From Setoptus koraiensis (taxonomy: Eukaryota; Animalia; Arthropoda), in contig CM106585.1 in assembly GCA_048013815.1 (NCBI GenBank), positions 16,492,001 through 16,556,000 on the forward strand: 64,000 nucleotides of DNA. Reading direction: 5' to 3'. The number at the start of each line of letters is the position of its first letter. Position 1 is the first letter of the stretch. Shown one piece after another: positions 59,901 through 64,000 of the stretch. Both the position numbers and the translations under genes were made by a program. A model generated the notes under the pieces. The model saw nothing but the letters and a program-made list of their open reading frames with translations, did no database searches and was not told the origin of the DNA.

Positions 59901-60716
59901 CGGCAACGGGCCCGTCGGATTTTCGGAAGATTCTTGCTGGCCGTTGGCTGGCCCGTCAAGGGACGACATGGAGTGTGTTGGTTGGTTGCTGTTTGTGGTT
60001 GTTGTGGTTGCTGTTGGTTGCTGTTGGGGTTGTGGTTGGCCGCCGCTAGAGTCAACAGTTGCTGCAAATTGTTGCAAATTGGAAGTTGTGGTGCTGGCAC
60101 TGATAGTGGCGCTGGAGGTTGTTGTTGAAGTGGCGGTGGTTGTTGTGGTTGTGGTTGCTGTTGCAGTTGCTGTTGCAGTGGAGGCCTCTAAACTGGCGGA
60201 CGTGTTCTGTTTTTTCCAACCAAACAATGGCGGCAACGACACTGCCGCCGAAAATATCCATACGCCCGCTATCATGAGGGCGCCCCGTTTTGGTGTTCGT
60301 TTCTTCAAGTAAGCCACCGCTTGCGTAATGGACCAATACCTGTCTAAACTAATTAGGCATAATGTGTTTATTGAAGCGGTGCACAACAATACGTCTAATG
60401 CTGCGTGTATATCGCACCATAATTGTCCGAACATCCAGAAGCCCATTAATTCTCGAGCTAGCGAGAATGGCATCACCACTAAACCTAATAACATATCACT
60501 AACGGCTAATGATGCTATAAACCAATTTTGCGTTGGCTTTAACGATTTCTCTGTAAAAATAGCTATACAAACCAAACAATTGCCCACAACAATTAAAAAC
60601 ATAATCACTGTTAATAGACACGCCAACAATGTTATAGATGATTGCGTATAACCGGACGGAAATGGTTCCCTTGACCAATAGGAGTGCCACCAATCGGTGA
60701 AATTTGACACTAACAT
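56982..60716 (-). CDS. Octalpha2R: alpha2-adrenergic-like octopamine receptor (class A aminergic GPCR), intronless, 1244 aa from the ATG at 60716
   Basis: PSGYT precedes TM1. Other motifs are [68 protein letters not shown], WLPFF and [24 protein letters not shown]. There is an N-glycosylation site NFT. The ORF-track start at 60749 is GTG. Confidence 0.92.
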   Translation of the reverse strand: [1244 protein letters not shown]

Positions 60717-61583
60717 TTGTAGGCTGCCAGCGCACAGGGGCGACCACACGCTGCACCACTGTTATAATGTCGATGTTGCGCCGCTTGGGGCGCTGGCGCG
60801 GTTGTTGTTGTTGCGGGCCACAGATTTGGCGTCGACAGGCGTTGACAGGTTGTGCTGTGGTTGCGGTTGTTGTTGTTGCGGTTGCGGTTGTTGCTGTTGT
60901 TGTGGCGGTTGTTGCTGTTGTCGCGGTCGTTTTCGCGGTTGTTGCTGCGGTTGCGGTTGCTGCTGCAACGACTGCTGGCGTGGTTGTTGTGGTTGTTGTC
61001 GCGACAGGTGCTGGCGTGGTTGTTGCTGTGGTTGTTGCGACGGCTGCTGGCGTGGTTGTTGCTGTGGTTGTTGCTGCTATTGTTGCGACTGGTGCGGCCG
61101 TTGTTGCCGGCGGTTGGTGGGCGCCTGCGATTGTGGCTTGTTGCTCGGTGTGACGCGCGCTGCTCGCTGCGATCCGCTCGGTCCCGGCCCAAAGCGTCTG
61201 TCTGTTGGCGTTAATTAGTGCGTGGGCGAGCGTCTGTAATGGGGTTGAGAACGGGAAAGGTGAATGAGACAATTGGCTGGCAAATAAGATGTGTGATTTG
61301 TGTTTATCTGTGATGTAACTCGCTGCTGCTTGCGTTGATTGATCAATGTCGAGTCATGTGTCGACTTGTCTGTGTCTATATCTCTCTCTCTCTAGCTCGC
61401 TGTTGCTGCTGTTGTGTAAGCGTTCAAGTGTGGTGTGTCGTTGTTGTCGTTGTCGTTGTTGTTGTTGCTGTTGCATTAGCGGCTGACATGATAATGTGTG
61501 TGTGTGTGTGTGCATGCCACCAATAAGTAGCTATCACGGTCTAGATAAACTTGTTCTCTGTCGCTGCGAGTCGCTCGACGCTC

Positions 61584-61737
61584 CAACTGGCGCTATGTGC
61601 AACTGGCGCTGCGTCGAACTGGCGCTATGTGCAACTGGCGCTGCGTCGAACTGGCGCTAGGGCTCTTCGAATCGTCGCGGCTCTTCGAATCGTCGCGGCT
61701 CTTCGAATCGGCGTCGGCTCTTCGAATCGGCGTCGGC
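61584..61737 (+). repeat. Compound minisatellite: a 33-bp dimer of caactggcgct units x2, then 18/19-bp ggctcttcgaatcg units x4
   Basis: Read directly from the sequence. Confidence 0.88.
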
Positions 61738-64000
61738 GTGCGCTATGCGAGTCGTGGCTCGTTGGCGTGCATTCCGTGGGCTGCCTCCGCTGCAGCGACT
61801 CGGTGCTCGGTCGACGGCGGCGCTCGGCGTAACTATGTTTCGCATTAGAACCGCTCAGATTGGCGCTGCCATTAGGGCATGCTTGCGGTGAGCGGCGACG
61901 ACACGCTGCAGGGCGACAGTATCAGTAACAGTAACAAAAAGATAAAAAAAAGAACACCAAGAGATGATTGCGTCCATGCGGGGGCTCGCTGACGCAGCGA
62001 GACGCTCCCGTCGCACTCTGTTGGCCGTCGCCGCAGTTGGCGCTGCATCGGGAGCCGAGTGGCGATGCGAACGCTGCCGCGACGGCGCGCCGTCGCGCAT
62101 TCGCGGCGCCCCTATGTCCGACGGCGCGCACATGCGCATGTGCGCGCTGTCGGCGAGCTCCTGTTGCGCCGCACCGCGAGCGACATGGCTCTGTGACGGG
62201 AGTCCCGGCGCTAGAGTCTCCGAGCGGCGAGAGCCGCTTGGAACAGACACCGCCGCAACACTGTGTGCCGGGCAGAAACTGTGCAAATTGTGATCGCCCG
62301 CGCCCAATGGCAATCGCTCGCCAGCTCAGCCCCTAACGAATCCAGTGACAAGCGTGACATATGTAAATAAACACGCCCGCTCGACAATGTTACTTGTTGT
62401 CTCGACAACATCATCATATCTCGCTCCCCCAATTATTGCTCTATCGCTGTGCCGCCGCCGCCGATTCGACACACACTCGCTCGCTCGCCGGATCGGAGCG
62501 GCGAGCGAGCCGCACGAGGCCGCTCGCAGCGACCCGCTCGGGCCCGCTCGCAACAGTGGCGCCGATGACAGGAACGGCGCAGATGAATTTCGACCTCAAC
62601 CAGTTGAAATCACAGTTTGAAACGAGCCCGTCGGGCGAATGCAAATCGATGATTGATTTGCATTCGATCAACTTGTCGAAACGTCGCCCGACATCCGCTC
62701 TGGCCGACGCGAAGGCCCTCTGTCGGGCTGGTAGAGCGGCACTGCCCAGCCATTGGGTGCCAAGCCGCGCTTCTAGACTCTAGAATCTAGAGGCGAAATC
62801 TCTCCGCCGAGCAGCGCCGCCCTCGCGGACCTGCGACCAAGCTCGCGCTGTGCGTTTTGCGAAACTGCGCGATATCCACGGCGACCGATGTGCCACTCAC
62901 GATGTGCTGCACACGATGTGCACAGTGGCCAGCAGAGAGGCATACGGCGAGCGCTTGAAGGGTGCGCAAAAGTCCGCGCGCGAACAGCACCGGCTCGTCC
63001 CGACCGCTCCGCACCGCACGATGCGGCCCGTGAAACGGTCTCCCGTTCCAAGAATATCCGTCGGCGCTGTTGCGCTGAAAATGGATAAACGCTGTCGGCG
63101 CCGCTGTTGCGCTAAAAGGAGGTCACCACCAATTACCGACGAGACACTCGTCATCAATCAAGCAGCACGCCCACGCAATGGGACCCGCGCCAGGGTCAGC
63201 GACCAGGGCCGGCGCGACGAGTAGCGGACGGGCCGGGTCGGGCCGGGCCGAAATTGCGCGCTCCATCTATTTAAAGTGTGATATTGTGTTGCATTGTTGT
63301 TGCGTTTGCAGAAAACGCAACGAACAATTGTAAACGGGCTAGGTAAAGCGAAAATTGTTAATGCAGTTGGGGCGCCGACGGGCTCAATGGCGCCCCAAAT
63401 GACAAAGGCTCCACTGGCATGTGGCGGCGTCACATGTGTATAATTCAATCTTTTACCGCCAGCATCAGTTAACGGGTTGTGTGTGTGTGTGTGTGTGTGT
63501 GCGTGTGATGAGTCATGATCGATTAGGTACGGCGCGCGTTATTGTGAAAGTCGCAAAAGTCGCTAGATGCCCGCGCTCGCCGCATCCGCCGCTCGCGCCG
63601 CATTTGCCGTGCCCGCTATGGCGCGGCCCGGCAACGTCTCGCGACCGGCCGCCAAGTGGCTAGGTGATGCACTAGCGGTGCAACTGGGGCGCTAAGTAGC
63701 GCCAGCGCCGCCGCCGCCGCCACTTATCACGCTAAACGAAAGCGAGTGCTGACACGAGCTCGCAATATATAAATTATATAAATAGTCGCGCGCGCGCGAC
63801 AATGACACCACAGAGCGGCCCGCTCTAATCTAGCCCGCATGATCTGGGTCTCAGGCCGAGTTACGCAACAGCGCCGCCGACCCGAGGGGGGGCCCCGCTG
63901 GCGTCGCCGGCCCGGCGCAATGCTGAAAGGTGACGAGCGGCCGCGACGGGCGATGCGCTGACGCGCTGACGAGCCGACGAGCCGAAAGTGCCTTTTAAAA

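Noticed and set aside
60499-61272. 257-aa minus-strand ORF overlapping the GPCR start, considered as a uORF or N-terminal extension
   Set aside because: It has a TTG start, is out of frame with the receptor and consists of trinucleotide repeats.

Overview
Eukaryotic, gene-sparse DNA from an acariform mite. The tropomyosin is Der p 10-like ([27 protein letters not shown]). Near-total intron loss suggests an eriophyoid-type compact genome, which is inference. About 1-20 kb is GC-rich, microsatellite- and minisatellite-rich DNA with no supportable gene. It is followed by an Otx/otd homeobox gene (+), tail-to-tail with a two-exon PP6 regulatory subunit (SAPS) gene (-). Next come a multi-exon low-complexity gene ending in a LIM domain (+), an intronless NRF-6-like acyltransferase-3 gene (+), a two-exon 242-aa tropomyosin (+) and an inverted decayed NRF-6 fragment. 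A tandem array of three intact F-box genes plus one remnant (+) follows, and then an intronless alpha2-adrenergic-like octopamine receptor (-) with very large loop insertions. The most striking result is in the F-box array. Each intact gene encodes an F-box and leucine-rich repeats fused to what aligns motif by motif to the stalk, 1B and RecA1 half of the NMD helicase Upf1. Both Walker motifs are destroyed and the protein ends at the RecA1 boundary, suggesting an SCF adaptor built on a Upf1-derived pseudo-helicase. All homology calls rest on motifs recalled from known families; no database search was run.
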